A stretch of 64,000 bases of DNA from an uncultured Exiguobacterium sp. (GTDB lineage: Bacteria; Pseudomonadota; Alphaproteobacteria; Rhodobacterales; Rhodobacteraceae). The stretch is from NCBI GenBank assembly GCA_964575185.1, contig CAZNPW010000001.1, positions 54,081-118,080 of the forward strand, given 5' to 3'. Position numbers and translations under genes: made by a program. The notes beneath the pieces were generated by a model. The model did no database searches, was not told the DNA's origin, and saw only the letters and a program-made list of their open reading frames with translations. Positions 35,863 to 47,590 of the stretch are shown one piece after another. Positions within the stretch are counted from its first letter, which is position 1. Each line of letters starts with the position of its first letter.

Positions 35863-37251
35863 CTAGTCGCCGGAGCCGACCGACTTCAGGATCCGGTCGA
35901 GCGCGCGGCCCCGGTCGGTGTGGATGGGCGCGTCCTTGACCAGGTTGTAGTACTGCGCCGGGTCGTAGGTCGGGATGCCGAGCTGCAGGTGCTCGACCGT
36001 CAGGAGACCCATGGACGACAGCAGGCGGTAGACCCCGACGTAGCGCTGCGCCTCGGACTGGAGTTTCGCCTGCCGGGCGTCGAGCAGGTCCTGCTCGGCG
36101 TCGAGCACGTCGAGCGTGGTGCGCGCGCCGAGCGTCGCCTCGTCGCGCGTGCCCTCGAAGGCCTGCTGCGCGGCGGCGATCTGGCGGTCGTTCGCCTCGA
36201 TCTGGGCCGAGGTGACGAGGATGTTGGACCAGGCGTTGCCGACCGCCTGTTCGACGAGGACGCCGTTCTGCAGGAGCGCCGCCCGCGCGGCTTCCTCGCG
36301 CTGGATCGCGGCACGCAGGTTCGAGGCGAGGCCCCCACCCGCATAGAGGGTCTGGCCGAGACGCAGGCTGAGGCGCGAGCTCTCGAGGCCGGTCGAGAGG
36401 TCGGTCGAGAACCCGGCCTCGGCCGTCACCTGGGGCTGCATGTTGGCGCGCGCGCGCGCGACGTTGAGGCCGGCCAGCGCCACCTCGCGCTGGCTTTGCC
36501 GGACGCGGGGCTGGCTCTGCAAGGCGATCGCGACCGCCTCGTCCAGGGTGTTCACGGTGTCGGGCGTCGGCGGCAGGGGCTGGAGGTTGCCCGGATAGGC
36601 CCCGGTCGCGGCCTTGTAGCTTTCCCGCGCGACCATCAGGTCGCCCTCGGCCGCGGCGAGCGCCGCGCGCGACTGCGCCAGCCGCGCCTCGGCCAGCGCC
36701 ACGTCGGTGCGGGTGATCTCGCCCACGTCGAACCGGTCGCGCGCGGCCTGGAGCTGCTGGGTGATGACGCGCACGTTCGACTGGCGCAGCGCGACCACCT
36801 CGGTCGCGAGCCGGACGTTGACGAAGGCCGTCACGGCCTCGAGCAGCACGTTCTGCTCGACCGACACCAGCGCCTCGCGCGTCGCCAGCACGTTCTCCTT
36901 CGCGGCCTCGATCGCAAGGCGCCCGCGACCGAAGTCGAGCAGGGTCATCGTGGCCGAGATGCCCGTCGACAACTGAAGCTGCTCGGCCAGACCGTCGCGG
37001 AAGCCGGGGATCGGCTCCACCTCCGACGCGGTATAGCCGGCCTGCAGCACGAAGTTGACGATCGGCTGCAAGGCCGCCACCGACCCCGCCACGTCCTCGT
37101 CCGCCGCCCGCAGGAGCGCGCGGTTCTGGTCGAGCAGGTTGGAGTTGCGGTAGGCCGCGATCAGCGCGTCGGCGAGCGTCTCCGCCTGCGCGGGCAACGT
37201 GGCGAAAAGCGTCCCGGCGACGGCGACGGCGGACCAGAAGTGGCGGCGCAT
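35863..37251 (-). CDS. tolC: TolC family outer membrane protein
   Basis: A signal peptide ending in AQA, then ETLADALIAAYRNSNLL and the duplicated OEP repeats. Confidence 0.85.
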   Translation of the reverse strand: MRRHFWSAVAVAGTLFATLPAQAETLADALIAAYRNSNLLDQNRALLRAADEDVAGSVAALQPIVNFVLQAGYTASEVEPIPGFRDGLAEQLQLSTGISATMTLLDFGRGRLAIEAAKENVLATREALVSVEQNVLLEAVTAFVNVRLATEVVALRQSNVRVITQQLQAARDRFDVGEITRTDVALAEARLAQSRAALAAAEGDLMVARESYKAATGAYPGNLQPLPPTPDTVNTLDEAVAIALQSQPRVRQSQREVALAGLNVARARANMQPQVTAEAGFSTDLSTGLESSRLSLRLGQTLYAGGGLASNLRAAIQREEAARAALLQNGVLVEQAVGNAWSNILVTSAQIEANDRQIAAAQQAFEGTRDEATLGARTTLDVLDAEQDLLDARQAKLQSEAQRYVGVYRLLSSMGLLTVEHLQLGIPTYDPAQYYNLVKDAPIHTDRGRALDRILKSVGSGD

Positions 37252-37262
37252 GGCGAAACCCC

Positions 37263-37916
37263 CTACAGCGAGAAGCCGCGCGGGGCGGCGAAGCCGGGCA
37301 GCACGGGTGCCGCGGCGTTGAAGGCGAAGCGCCAGGTCATCCGGCCGGCGTCCCGGAACCCGATGCGGACCTGGCCGAGCGGCCCCTGCATGAAGAGCGC
37401 CCCGATCCGGCCGCCGTCCTTGAGCTGGTCGAGGATCGCCTGCGGCACCTCCTCCACCCCGCCCTGGATGGCGATGACGTCGTAGGGCCCGTGCTTCGGC
37501 GCGCCCGCGGCAAGGTCGCCCGCGATGACGGCCGCGTTGTCCACGCCCTCGCGCGCGAGCACCGCCTCGGCCTCGGCCGCGAAGCCCCCGGTCGCCTCGA
37601 CCGCGACGACCGCCTCGGCCAGCCGGGCGATCACGGCGGTGGAGTAGCCGAGCCCGCAGCCCACGTCGAGCACGAGGTCGCGCGGGCCGATGTCGAGCGC
37701 GTCGAGCATCTTGGCGAGCGTCCGCGGCTCCAGCACCACGCGGGCGGGGGCGATCGGCACGTTCTCGCCCAGGTAGGCCACCTCGCGCAGGGCGGCGGGC
37801 ACGAAGGCCTCGCGCGGGACGCGCAGCATGGCGTCGATGATGGGAAACTTGGTCACGTCCGCCGGGCGGACCTGGGTGTCGACCATCATCGTGCGGCGCG
37901 TCTGGAAGTCGGGCAT
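37263..37916 (-). CDS. pcm: Protein-L-isoaspartate O-methyltransferase
   Basis: SAM-binding motif [10 protein letters not shown]. 217 aa. Confidence 0.85.
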   Translation of the reverse strand: MPDFQTRRTMMVDTQVRPADVTKFPIIDAMLRVPREAFVPAALREVAYLGENVPIAPARVVLEPRTLAKMLDALDIGPRDLVLDVGCGLGYSTAVIARLAEAVVAVEATGGFAAEAEAVLAREGVDNAAVIAGDLAAGAPKHGPYDVIAIQGGVEEVPQAILDQLKDGGRIGALFMQGPLGQVRIGFRDAGRMTWRFAFNAAAPVLPGFAAPRGFSL

Positions 37917-38086
37917 GCGGACCTTGCAAAGGATGAACGAAGCGGTTCACGCCCGCCGACACGGCCCGTGTCTGCCACGGATCCGCGCCTGCGGCAACCG
38001 CGCAGGGGCGCACAGCAGGACGCGCGGGCTCTGGCCTTTCGCGCCCGCCCCGGGTAAGCGCGCGGCGCATCTTCCGGGACGGGCCC

Positions 38087-39904
38087 ATGGACATCCGCAA
38101 CATCGCCATCATCGCGCACGTCGACCATGGCAAGACGACGCTGGTCGACGAGCTCTTGAAGCAGTCGGGCGTCTACCGCGAGGGGCAGGCCGTGACCGAA
38201 CGCGCGATGGACAGCAACGACATCGAGCGCGAGCGGGGGATCACCATCCTGGCGAAGGCCACATCGGTGGAGTGGAAGGGCGTGCGGATCAACATCGTCG
38301 ACACCCCCGGCCACGCCGATTTCGGCGGCGAGGTGGAGCGGATCCTGAACATGGTCGACGGCGTCTGCCTGCTGGTCGATGCCGCCGAGGGGCCGATGCC
38401 GCAGACCAAGTTCGTGACCTCGAAGGCGCTGGCGCTGGGGCTGCGGCCGATCGTGGTGCTGAACAAGGTCGACAAGCCCGACGCCGAACCCGACCGGGCG
38501 CTGAACGAGGTGTTCGACCTGTTCGCCAACCTCGGGGCCGACGACGGCCAGCTCGACTTCCCGCATCTCTATGCGAGCGGCCGGGCGGGCTGGGCGGATG
38601 CCGAGCTCGACGGGCCGCGCCGCGACCTTGCGGCGCTGTTCGACCTGATCGTCGCGCACGTGCCCCCGCCCGCGCAGCAGGCGCGCGGCGGTGAGCCGTT
38701 CCGCATGCTGGCGACGACGCTCGCCTACGACCCCTACCTCGGGCGCATCCTGACGGGGCGGGTGGAGTCGGGGCGGCTGTCCGCCGGGGCGACGGTCAAG
38801 GCGCTGAGCCGCGACGGCGAGCGGATCGAGCAGTTCCGGGTGTCGAAGATCCTCGCCTTCCGCGGGCTGACGCAGACGGCGATCCCGGACGCGGAGCCCG
38901 GCGACATCGTGACGCTCGCGGGCATGGCCAGGGCGACCGTCGCCGACACGATCTGCGCGCCGGAGGTCGAGACCGCCCTGCCCGCCCAGCCCATCGACCC
39001 GCCGACGATCACGGTCACATTCGGGATCAACGATTCGCCGCTGGCGGGGCGCGACGGCGCGAAGGTCCAGTCGCGCGTGATCCGCGAGCGGCTGCTGCGC
39101 GAGAGCGAGAGCAACGTCGCGATCCGGGTGGCCGACACGCCCGGGGGGGAGGCCTTCGAGGTCTCGGGCCGGGGCGAGCTCCAGATGGGGGTGCTGATCG
39201 AGAACATGCGCCGCGAGGGGTTCGAGCTGTCGATCAGCCGCCCGCGCGTCATCCTGAAGGACGACGACGGGCAGCGGATGGAGCCCATCGAGGAGGTCAT
39301 CGTCGATGTCGACGACGAGTTCACCGGCGCGGTGATCGACAAGCTGACGGGCGAGCGGAAGGGCGACCTGGTCGAGATGAAGCCCGCGGGCACCGGCAAG
39401 ACGCGGATCATCGCGCATGTGCCGAGCCGCGGGCTGATCGGCTATCACGGGCAGTTCCTGACCGACACCCGCGGCACGGGCGTCCTGAACCGCATCTTCC
39501 ACGGCTGGGCCCCGCACAAGGGCCCGATCCTGGGCCGCCGGCAGGGCGTGCTGATCAGCATGGAGAACGGGGTGTCGGTGGCCTATGCGCTGTGGAACCT
39601 GGAAGAGCGCGGCAAGATGTTCATCGGCGCGCAGGAGGCCGTCTACGAGGGCATGATCATCGGCGAGCACGCGCGGGACAACGACCTCGAGGTCAACCCG
39701 CTGAAGGGCAAGAAGCTGACCAACGTGCGGGCCAGCGGCAACGACGAGGCGGTGCGGCTGACCACGCCGGTGCGGATGAGCCTGGAGGAGGCCATCGCCT
39801 ATATCGACGACGACGAGCTGGTCGAGGTGACGCCCAAGGCGATCCGGCTGCGCAAGCGCTTCCTCGACCCGAACGAGAGGAAGCGGATGTCGCGGGGGGA
39901 ATGA
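38087..39904 (+). CDS. typA: Translational GTPase TypA/BipA
   Basis: G1-G4 motifs are present ([18 protein letters not shown]). Confidence 0.95.
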   Translation: MDIRNIAIIAHVDHGKTTLVDELLKQSGVYREGQAVTERAMDSNDIERERGITILAKATSVEWKGVRINIVDTPGHADFGGEVERILNMVDGVCLLVDAAEGPMPQTKFVTSKALALGLRPIVVLNKVDKPDAEPDRALNEVFDLFANLGADDGQLDFPHLYASGRAGWADAELDGPRRDLAALFDLIVAHVPPPAQQARGGEPFRMLATTLAYDPYLGRILTGRVESGRLSAGATVKALSRDGERIEQFRVSKILAFRGLTQTAIPDAEPGDIVTLAGMARATVADTICAPEVETALPAQPIDPPTITVTFGINDSPLAGRDGAKVQSRVIRERLLRESESNVAIRVADTPGGEAFEVSGRGELQMGVLIENMRREGFELSISRPRVILKDDDGQRMEPIEEVIVDVDDEFTGAVIDKLTGERKGDLVEMKPAGTGKTRIIAHVPSRGLIGYHGQFLTDTRGTGVLNRIFHGWAPHKGPILGRRQGVLISMENGVSVAYALWNLEERGKMFIGAQEAVYEGMIIGEHARDNDLEVNPLKGKKLTNVRASGNDEAVRLTTPVRMSLEEAIAYIDDDELVEVTPKAIRLRKRFLDPNERKRMSRGE

Positions 39905-39917
39905 GGGCCGCAGGAAA

Positions 39918-40010
39918 CCCCGCGTCCCGGCGCAGGCCGGGACCTCGCCCGTTCCACGGATGCCACGCTTGGCGGCACGGGTGAGGTCCCGGCCTCCGCC
40001 GGGACGCGTG
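39918..40010. repeat. REP family A: inverted pair of GTCCCGGC-N4-GCCGGGAC hairpins
   Basis: The hairpin at 39924..39943 has flanks CGC/CTC and the hairpin at 39986..40005 has flanks GAG/GCG, so the two copies face each other. Confidence 0.65.
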
Positions 40011-40013
40011 GCG

Positions 40014-40307
40014 TCAGGGGGTGACCTCCTCCACCACCACGAGGTCCCTGACGGCCGCGCCCCTGGCGTGCGCCAGCCCCTCCTGGTAGCGGGGCGAGCG
40101 GTAGCAGTCGACCGCCGCCTGCAGGCTGGGGAAGCGCGCCACCACGTTGCGGGCGCGGTCGCGGCCTTCGAGCTGGATGTAGGCCCCCCCGCGGGCGAGG
40201 AAGATTCCACCATGCGCGGCAATGGCTTCGGTGGCGATCTTCGCGTAACGCCCATAGGCCTCGGGGTCGGTGACCTCGACGTGGGCGATCCAGAGGGCGC
40301 TAGGCAT
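40014..40307 (-). CDS. DUF1330 domain protein
   Basis: 97 aa, MPSALWIAHVEVTDPEAY... Confidence 0.7.
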   Translation of the reverse strand: MPSALWIAHVEVTDPEAYGRYAKIATEAIAAHGGIFLARGGAYIQLEGRDRARNVVARFPSLQAAVDCYRSPRYQEGLAHARGAAVRDLVVVEEVTP

Positions 40308-40316
40308 CTCTGTCCC

Positions 40317-43001
40317 CTAGATTTTCTCAAGAGCATCGAGCGAAGGATTGATTACCTCCGCTTGAACCACGGCTAGCGCCTTCTCAAATCCTACAATCGA
40401 CGGAGCTCCGCCTTGGGCAAAATCTCGACGTCCACCTCCCCCTTTGCCCCCCATTTCTACAACAAGCCGCTTGACTATTGCAGAAGCATCAAGTGACTTC
40501 GCCAGCGCCGGGGTGACGCCGACCGCAACGGCAACGCTTCCATCGGTCTCGCTCGCAAGAATCACAAAGCCCTGCTCAATCGCCTCCAGCGTATTGTACA
40601 TAATGCTCCTCAATGCACTTGCCGAGATACCTTTGAGCCTAGCTGCCGAGTATTTAACGTTAAGCCGCACCTCTTTTGGAACAAGCTGTTCTTTCGCCTC
40701 TTCCTGAGCGAGCTTGCTACGCAATACATCAACCTCGTTCTGCAGGCTGCGGCGTTCGTCGGCGAGTGCGCGGACGCGGTCGACCACATCGCCCGCATGG
40801 GTCTTCAGCATCCCCGCGACCTCGGCCAGCCGCGCATCCTGCTGGCGGAGGTGGGCGAGCGCGGCCTGGCCCGTCAGCGCCTCGATCCGCCGCACCCCGG
40901 CGCTCGAGGCGCTGTCGTGGAGGAGGACGAAGGCCCCGATATCGCCGGTGCGCGCGACATGCGTGCCGCCGCAGAGTTCGAGCGAGTAGGTCGCGGCGTC
41001 GGCCCCCTTGCCGGAGCCAGGGAGGCTGCCCATCGAGACGACCCGCACCTCGTCGCCGTATTTCTCGCCGAAGAGCGCCTGCGCGCCGAGTGCGCGGGCG
41101 TCGTCGGGGGTCATGATGACGGTCGTGACGGGGGTGTTCTGGCGGACATAGGCGTTGACCTCGGCCTCCACCGCCGCGGTCTGGTCAGGCGTCATCGCGG
41201 TGCCGTGGCTGAAGTCGAAGCGCAGCCGGTCGGGCGCATTGAGCGAGCCGCGCTGGGCGACGTGGGGGCCGAGCGCGCGGCGCAGCGCCTCGTGCAGGAG
41301 GTGCGTGGCGGAGTGGTTGGCGCGGATCGCGCCGCGCCGGGCGCGGTCGACGGCGAGCTGCGCGCCCTGCCCGGCGACGATCTCGCCGTCGGTCACTTCG
41401 GCCAGGTGGACGGACAGGCCCTGCATCTTCCTCGTGTCGGTCACCCGCGCCGTGCCGGTGGCCGTGCGGAGCGTGCCGGTGTCGCCCACCTGCCCGCCCG
41501 ACTCGGCGTAGAAGGGCGTCTGGTTCAGCACAATCTGCACCGACTTTCCCGCCGTTGCGCGGTCGGTCGTGGCACCGTCCGCGATCAGGGCGAGGACCTG
41601 GCCCTCGGCGGTCTCGGTGTCGTAGCCGAGGAACTCGGTCGGGCCGTGGCGGTCGGCGAGGTCGAACCAGACGGCGGCGTCGGCGGTCTCGCCCGAGCCG
41701 GCCCAGGCGGCGCGGGCCTTGGCCTTCTGCTGCGCCATGGCGGCGTCGAAGCCCGCGACATCGACGCCGCGGCCCTGCTCGCGCAGCGCGTCCTGGGTGA
41801 GGTCGAGGGGGAAGCCGTAGGTGTCGTAGAGCCTGAAGGCCGCCGCGCCGGGCAGGTCGGTGCCTGCGGGGAGGCTTGCCACTTCGTCGTCGAGAAGCCG
41901 CAGGCCGCGGTCAAGTGTCTGGCGGAAGCGGGTTTCTTCCAGCCGCAGCGTCTCGGCGATCAGGGCCCGGCCGCGGGTGAGCTCGGGGTAGGCCGCGCCC
42001 ATCTCGGCCACGAGCGACGGGACGAGGCGGTGCATCACCGGGTCCTTCGCGCCGAGCATGTGGGCGTGGCGCATGGCGCGGCGCATGATGCGGCGCAGCA
42101 CGTAGCCGCGGCCTTCGTTCGAGGGCATCACCCCGTCGGCGATGAGGAACGAGGTCGAGCGCAGGTGGTCGGCGATGACGCGGTGGTGGATCCTTCCCGG
42201 GCCGTCGGGGTCGCTGGAGGTCGCGTGGGCGCTGGCCTCGATGAGGGCGCGCATCAGGTCGGTGTCGTAGTTGTCGTGGCGACCCTGGAGCAGCGCGCCG
42301 ATGCGTTCGAGCCCCATGCCGGTGTCGATCGACTGCATTTCCAAGGGCTTGAGGGTGCCGTCCGCGAACTGTTCGTTCTGCATGAAGACGTTGTTCCAGA
42401 TCTCGATGAACCGGTCGCCGTCCTCGCCCGGGCTGCCGGGGGGGCCGCCGGGGATGCTTTCGCCGTGGTCGAAGAAGATCTCGGTGCAGGGGCCGCAGGG
42501 GCCGGTCGGCCCCATGCGCCAGAAGTTGTCGTCCGACGCGATGCGGATGATGCGGTGGTCGGGCAGGCCTGCGATGCGCTTCCAGTAGCCTGCGGCCTCG
42601 TCGTCGGTGTAATAGACGGTGACGGTCAGGCGGTCGGCGGGGATGGCGAAGTCCTTCGTGAGGAGTTCCCAGGAAAAGGCGATGGCCTGTTCCTTGAAAT
42701 AGTCGCCGAAGCTGAAATTGCCCAGCATTTCGAAGAAGGTATGGTGCCGCGCGGTGTAGCCCACGTTGTCGAGGTCGTTGTGCTTGCCGCCCGCGCGGAC
42801 GCATTTCTGCGCGGTGGTGGCGCGGACGTAGTCGCGGGTCTCGACCCCGGTGAAGCAGTTCTTGAACTGCACCATGCCGGAGTTGGTGAACATCAGCGTC
42901 GGGTCGTTGCGGGGGACCAGCGGGCTCGAGTCGACCACGCGGTGGCCGTTGCGCTGGAAATAGGCGAGGAAGGTGGAGCGGATGTCGTTGAGGGAGGGCA
43001 T
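40317..43001 (-). CDS. alaS: Alanine--tRNA ligase, with a compositionally foreign 3' module
   Basis: 894 aa. The N-terminus is [20 protein letters not shown]. The editing-domain HxxxH and CxxxH motifs and the C-terminal GGKGGGR motif are present. Confidence 0.95.
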   Translation of the reverse strand: MPSLNDIRSTFLAYFQRNGHRVVDSSPLVPRNDPTLMFTNSGMVQFKNCFTGVETRDYVRATTAQKCVRAGGKHNDLDNVGYTARHHTFFEMLGNFSFGDYFKEQAIAFSWELLTKDFAIPADRLTVTVYYTDDEAAGYWKRIAGLPDHRIIRIASDDNFWRMGPTGPCGPCTEIFFDHGESIPGGPPGSPGEDGDRFIEIWNNVFMQNEQFADGTLKPLEMQSIDTGMGLERIGALLQGRHDNYDTDLMRALIEASAHATSSDPDGPGRIHHRVIADHLRSTSFLIADGVMPSNEGRGYVLRRIMRRAMRHAHMLGAKDPVMHRLVPSLVAEMGAAYPELTRGRALIAETLRLEETRFRQTLDRGLRLLDDEVASLPAGTDLPGAAAFRLYDTYGFPLDLTQDALREQGRGVDVAGFDAAMAQQKAKARAAWAGSGETADAAVWFDLADRHGPTEFLGYDTETAEGQVLALIADGATTDRATAGKSVQIVLNQTPFYAESGGQVGDTGTLRTATGTARVTDTRKMQGLSVHLAEVTDGEIVAGQGAQLAVDRARRGAIRANHSATHLLHEALRRALGPHVAQRGSLNAPDRLRFDFSHGTAMTPDQTAAVEAEVNAYVRQNTPVTTVIMTPDDARALGAQALFGEKYGDEVRVVSMGSLPGSGKGADAATYSLELCGGTHVARTGDIGAFVLLHDSASSAGVRRIEALTGQAALAHLRQQDARLAEVAGMLKTHAGDVVDRVRALADERRSLQNEVDVLRSKLAQEEAKEQLVPKEVRLNVKYSAARLKGISASALRSIMYNTLEAIEQGFVILASETDGSVAVAVGVTPALAKSLDASAIVKRLVVEMGGKGGGGRRDFAQGGAPSIVGFEKALAVVQAEVINPSLDALEKI

Positions 43002-43077
43002 GGGCCGCCTTGGAACGGAAGGGTCGCGGCTGACATACGCCGCGGTCCGGGACCTGTCCACAGGGGGTGTTCCGGCC

Positions 43078-43121
43078 CGTCTTCCGCGCGTCTTCCGGGC
43101 GTCTTCCGGGCGTCTTCCGCC
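43078..43121. repeat. Tandem repeat, 4 x 11 bp (CGTCTTCCGSN)
   Basis: Unit starts at 43078, 43089, 43100 and 43111. The array lies in the recA-alaS spacer, 77-120 nt upstream of the alaS ATG. Confidence 0.8.
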
Positions 43122-43334
43122 GGGCGTGGCGCGCGCCCCGCGGCACCGTCGCGGCGATGCCCCGCAGAGACGGCCTTTTCCTGTCGTGTCAGGGGGTTGC
43201 AGCGCGAAGAGGAGATCGCGGCGGGTCCGGCCGACCGGCAACGGGCCTGCGCGCGCAGCGGTGCCGGATCGGGCAACGGCACGGGCCGCAGGTCCGCCCC
43301 CGCGAGGGGGGCGGGCGCCTGCGCCGGCCGGCCC

Positions 43335-44405
<1,071 letters not shown>

Positions 44406-44460
44406 GGTCCCTTGCCCCTTTGTCTGTCACAGCCGCCCGGTCGCGGCAACCGGCGCGGAT

Positions 44461-44475
44461 GTTCCTGTTTCGTTG
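44461..44475. promoter_or_regulatory. LexA box candidate, GTTC-N7-GTTG
   Basis: One mismatch to the alphaproteobacterial direct repeat GTTC-N7-GTTC. It lies 56-70 nt upstream of recA. Confidence 0.5.
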
Positions 44476-44487
44476 TCGCAGGGATGC

Positions 44488-44502
44488 GATCAAAACGGGA
44501 AC
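44488..44502. promoter_or_regulatory. LexA box candidate, GTTC-N7-GATC on the minus strand
   Basis: The plus strand reads GATCAAAACGGGAAC. This is the variant reported for the Rhodobacter sphaeroides recA promoter. Confidence 0.55.
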
Positions 44503-44585
44503 AATTCAAGTCAAATCCGCAACCGCACCCTCTTTCGCGGAAAATCCTTAAGGGATAGTTAGCCGCGACCCGCCCGCGAGGACCC

Positions 44586-45194
44586 ATGCTGATCTTTACC
44601 GAAGCCCGTCTCGTCATCCTGCCCGTGCCGAAGACGGGGTCGACGGCGCTGCTGAACGCGCTGGCGCCCTTCGCCTCGCTGGTGATCCGCCGGCCGCCGC
44701 AGCTGCGGCACGTCACGGTGCAGCGCTATCACCTCCATGTCCGGCCCTGGCTCGAGGATGCCGGGCTGACCGGCATGCGCGTCGTGGCCGTGATGCGCGA
44801 GCCCGAAAGCTGGCTGGCGAGCTGGTTCCGCTATCGCCAGCGCGACAACGTGAAGGACACGCCGCGGTCGACGGTGGGCGTCAGCTTCGACGATTTCGTG
44901 CGCGGCTGGTGCCGGCCGAAACGCCCGGCCTGCGCCGATGTCGGATCGCAGGAGCGGTTCCTGCGCCCGAACCAGCGCGGCGAGTGGATCGACCGGCTGT
45001 TCCGCTATGAGGAGCTCGGGGTGTTCATCGACTATCTCGAGGCGGAGACCGGGCGCGAGATCACCCTGCCCGAGCGCAACGTGTCCCCCGACGCGCCGCT
45101 GGAGATCGCGCCGGAGACGCGCGCGCTGCTGCGCCGGGTCGCGGCGGACGACTACCATCTTTACGAGAAGCTGACGCCGCCGCGCACGCTTTAG
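44586..45194 (+). CDS. Sulfotransferase-like P-loop protein
   Basis: PKTGSTAL motif near the N-terminus. 202 aa. Confidence 0.5.
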   Translation: MLIFTEARLVILPVPKTGSTALLNALAPFASLVIRRPPQLRHVTVQRYHLHVRPWLEDAGLTGMRVVAVMREPESWLASWFRYRQRDNVKDTPRSTVGVSFDDFVRGWCRPKRPACADVGSQERFLRPNQRGEWIDRLFRYEELGVFIDYLEAETGREITLPERNVSPDAPLEIAPETRALLRRVAADDYHLYEKLTPPRTL

Positions 45195-45931
45195 GGGCGT
45201 CCGCGCAGCGCGGCGAGGAGGAGGCGGCCGCGGCGTCCGGCCTCGGACAGGTGCAGCGTGCCCTGGGCGACGCGGCCGGGGGCGCGCGCGGCGAGGCGGA
45301 GGAGGGGTGCGGCCTGCCAGGCGGCGAGGAGCGCGGGGCGTCCGGGGCCGGTCGGCGGCCGGGGGAGCGCCGCGCGGCTGTCGGCCGCGAGGGCGGCGAT
45401 GGCCGCGGGGCGGTCGTCGACGAGCGGGATGCGGCCGCGCGCCGCGAGCGCCGGGACGGCCTGGAGATAGCTCGCGAGGCCCGCGGCGCGGCCCCAGGCG
45501 CGGAAGGCGGATTCGCCGGTCGTTTGGCCGAGCGCGCGGGCAGCGAGCCACATCAGGCCCCCGGCGGTCGCGTCGAGGTAGTCGGCGAGCGCCGCCGCGT
45601 CGGCATGGGGGGCGCGGCCGAGGTCCCACCAGCGGGCGGCGATCAGGGCGTCCATGGTGTCGACCGGCAGGCCGCGGGCGTGGATCAGATCGTGCAGCGG
45701 CCCCGCGACCTCGTGCGCGCGGCGGGGGCCGGTCAGCGTGTCGCGCCAGAACTGGAGCCGCATCTCGCCGATCAGCGGCTCGGCCGAGGCCCAGGGGGCG
45801 CGGGCGACCTCGAGGTTCCAGGCGTAGAGGACGAGGAGGGGCGCGCGGGCGGCGAGGGGCGCGGCCATGGTGGCGGCGAAGCGGTCGGGGTCGCCCCTGG
45901 CGACGATGGCGGCGCAGGCGTCGACGGTCAC
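45191..45931 (-). CDS. Phytoene/squalene synthase family protein
   Basis: The GTG start overlaps the cimA stop (GTGA). An all-helical isoprenoid-synthase-like sequence. Confidence 0.6.
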   Translation of the reverse strand: MTVDACAAIVARGDPDRFAATMAAPLAARAPLLVLYAWNLEVARAPWASAEPLIGEMRLQFWRDTLTGPRRAHEVAGPLHDLIHARGLPVDTMDALIAARWWDLGRAPHADAAALADYLDATAGGLMWLAARALGQTTGESAFRAWGRAAGLASYLQAVPALAARGRIPLVDDRPAAIAALAADSRAALPRPPTGPGRPALLAAWQAAPLLRLAARAPGRVAQGTLHLSEAGRRGRLLLAALRGRP

Positions 45932-47562
45932 CGGGCCCCGTCCGTGCCGCCGGATCCGACGCCCACGTCGCGGATCAGCTTCCAGCGGATCGCGTCGAGC
46001 AGCGCCTCGAAGCTCGCGTCGACGATGTTGGCGCTGACGCCGACGGTCTGCCAGCGGCGGCCCCGGGCGTCCTCGGAGTCGATGATGACGCGGGTCACGG
46101 CCTCGACCCCGCCGCCCGTGATGCGGACCTTGAAGTCGACGAGGCGCATGTCGTCGATCGCCGCCTGGAAGGGGCCGAGGTCCTTGGCCAGCGCCTTCCA
46201 CAGCGCGTTGACGGGGCCGTGGTCGGTGCCCTCTTCGTCCATGCTTTCGGAGACCGAGAGCATCTTGGCGGGTCCGATCTTGACCACCACCACCGCCTCG
46301 GACAGCGAGACCATGCGGTTGTACTTGTTCTTCCGGCGTTCGACCGTGACGCGGTAGCGTTTCACCTCGAAGAAGTCGGGGGCTGCGCCGAGGGCGCGGC
46401 GGGCGAGGAGCTCGAAGGAGGCTTGGGCCGAGTCGTAGGCGTAGCCCTGGTCCTCGCGGGCCTTGATGTCCTGCAGGATGGCGGTGAGGCGGGGGTCGTC
46501 CGCGGCGACGGCGAGGCCCATGGCGGCGAGGCGGGCGCGGAGGTTGGAGAGGCCCGCCTGGTTCGACATCGGGATGACGCGGGCGTTGCCGACCGATTCG
46601 GGCGCGACATGTTCGTAGGTCGCGGGGTCCTTCAGGATCGCCGAGGCGTGCAGGCCCGCCTTGTGCGCGAAGGCCGAGGCGCCGACGAAGGGCGCCTGGC
46701 GGGCGGGGACGCGGTTCAGGATGTCGTCGAGCGCGCGGGAGGTCTTCAGAAGCTGCTCGAGCGCCTGCGGGGTGACGTTCGTGGACAGGTGGGCGTAGGC
46801 GGGTTTCAGGACCAGCGTGGGGATCAGCGTCGTGAGGTTCGCGTTGCCGCAGCGCTCGCCCAGGCCGTTGAGCGTGCCCTGCACCTGGCGCGCGCCGGCG
46901 TCGACGGCGGCGAGGCTGTTGGCCACCGCGTTGCCGGTGTCGTCGTGGGCGTGGATGCCCAGGGCGTCGCCGGGGATGCCGGAGGCGATGACGGCTTCGG
47001 TGATGCGGGCGACCTCGGCGGGCAGCGTGCCGCCGTTGGTGTCGCAGAGCACGACCCAGCGCGCGCCGGCCTCGCGGGCGGCGTGGAGGCAGGCCGCCGC
47101 GTAGCCGGGGTCGGCCTTCCAGCCGTCGAACAGGTGCTCGGCGTCGAACAGGGTCTCGCGGCCCTTGCCGACGCAGTGGGCGATGCTGGAGCGGATGGTG
47201 TCGAGGTTCTCGTCGCGGGTGATGTTCAGGGCGGTCGCGACGTGGAAGGGGTGGGTCTTGCCGACGAGGCAGACGGCGGGGGTGCCCGCGTCCAGCACGG
47301 CGGCGAGCACGTCGTCGTTCTGCGCGCTGCGCCCGGCGCGCCTGGTCATGCCGAAGGCGGTCATCGTGGCGCGGGTCTGCGGCGCGGCGGCGAAGAAGGC
47401 CGAGTCCGTCGGGTTCGCGCCGGGCCAGCCGCCCTCGATGTAGTCGACGCCGAGCGCGTCGAGCATCAGGGCGATCCGGCGCTTCTCGGCGTCGGAGAAC
47501 TGGACGCCCTGGGTCTGCTGGCCGTCGCGGAGGGTGGTGTCGAAGAGGGAGAGGGGGGTCAT
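45928..47562 (-). CDS. cimA: Citramalate synthase
   Basis: HMGL-like N-terminal domain (LFDTTLRDGQQ) plus a LeuA-type dimerisation domain. 544 aa. Confidence 0.85.
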   Translation of the reverse strand: MTPLSLFDTTLRDGQQTQGVQFSDAEKRRIALMLDALGVDYIEGGWPGANPTDSAFFAAAPQTRATMTAFGMTRRAGRSAQNDDVLAAVLDAGTPAVCLVGKTHPFHVATALNITRDENLDTIRSSIAHCVGKGRETLFDAEHLFDGWKADPGYAAACLHAAREAGARWVVLCDTNGGTLPAEVARITEAVIASGIPGDALGIHAHDDTGNAVANSLAAVDAGARQVQGTLNGLGERCGNANLTTLIPTLVLKPAYAHLSTNVTPQALEQLLKTSRALDDILNRVPARQAPFVGASAFAHKAGLHASAILKDPATYEHVAPESVGNARVIPMSNQAGLSNLRARLAAMGLAVAADDPRLTAILQDIKAREDQGYAYDSAQASFELLARRALGAAPDFFEVKRYRVTVERRKNKYNRMVSLSEAVVVVKIGPAKMLSVSESMDEEGTDHGPVNALWKALAKDLGPFQAAIDDMRLVDFKVRITGGGVEAVTRVIIDSEDARGRRWQTVGVSANIVDASFEALLDAIRWKLIRDVGVGSGGTDGAR

Positions 47563-47590
47563 GGGGCCATCCTATCCGGACGGGCGCAAG

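Noticed and set aside
40308-40316. Whether the low-GC alaS end is the edge of an integrated island, that is, an att-site duplication carrying a replacement 3' end.
   Set aside because: A high-GC native-looking gene (DUF1330) with its RBS starts 9 nt after the alaS stop. No integrase or other foreign genes follow. The observation is kept as a mosaic-gene finding instead.
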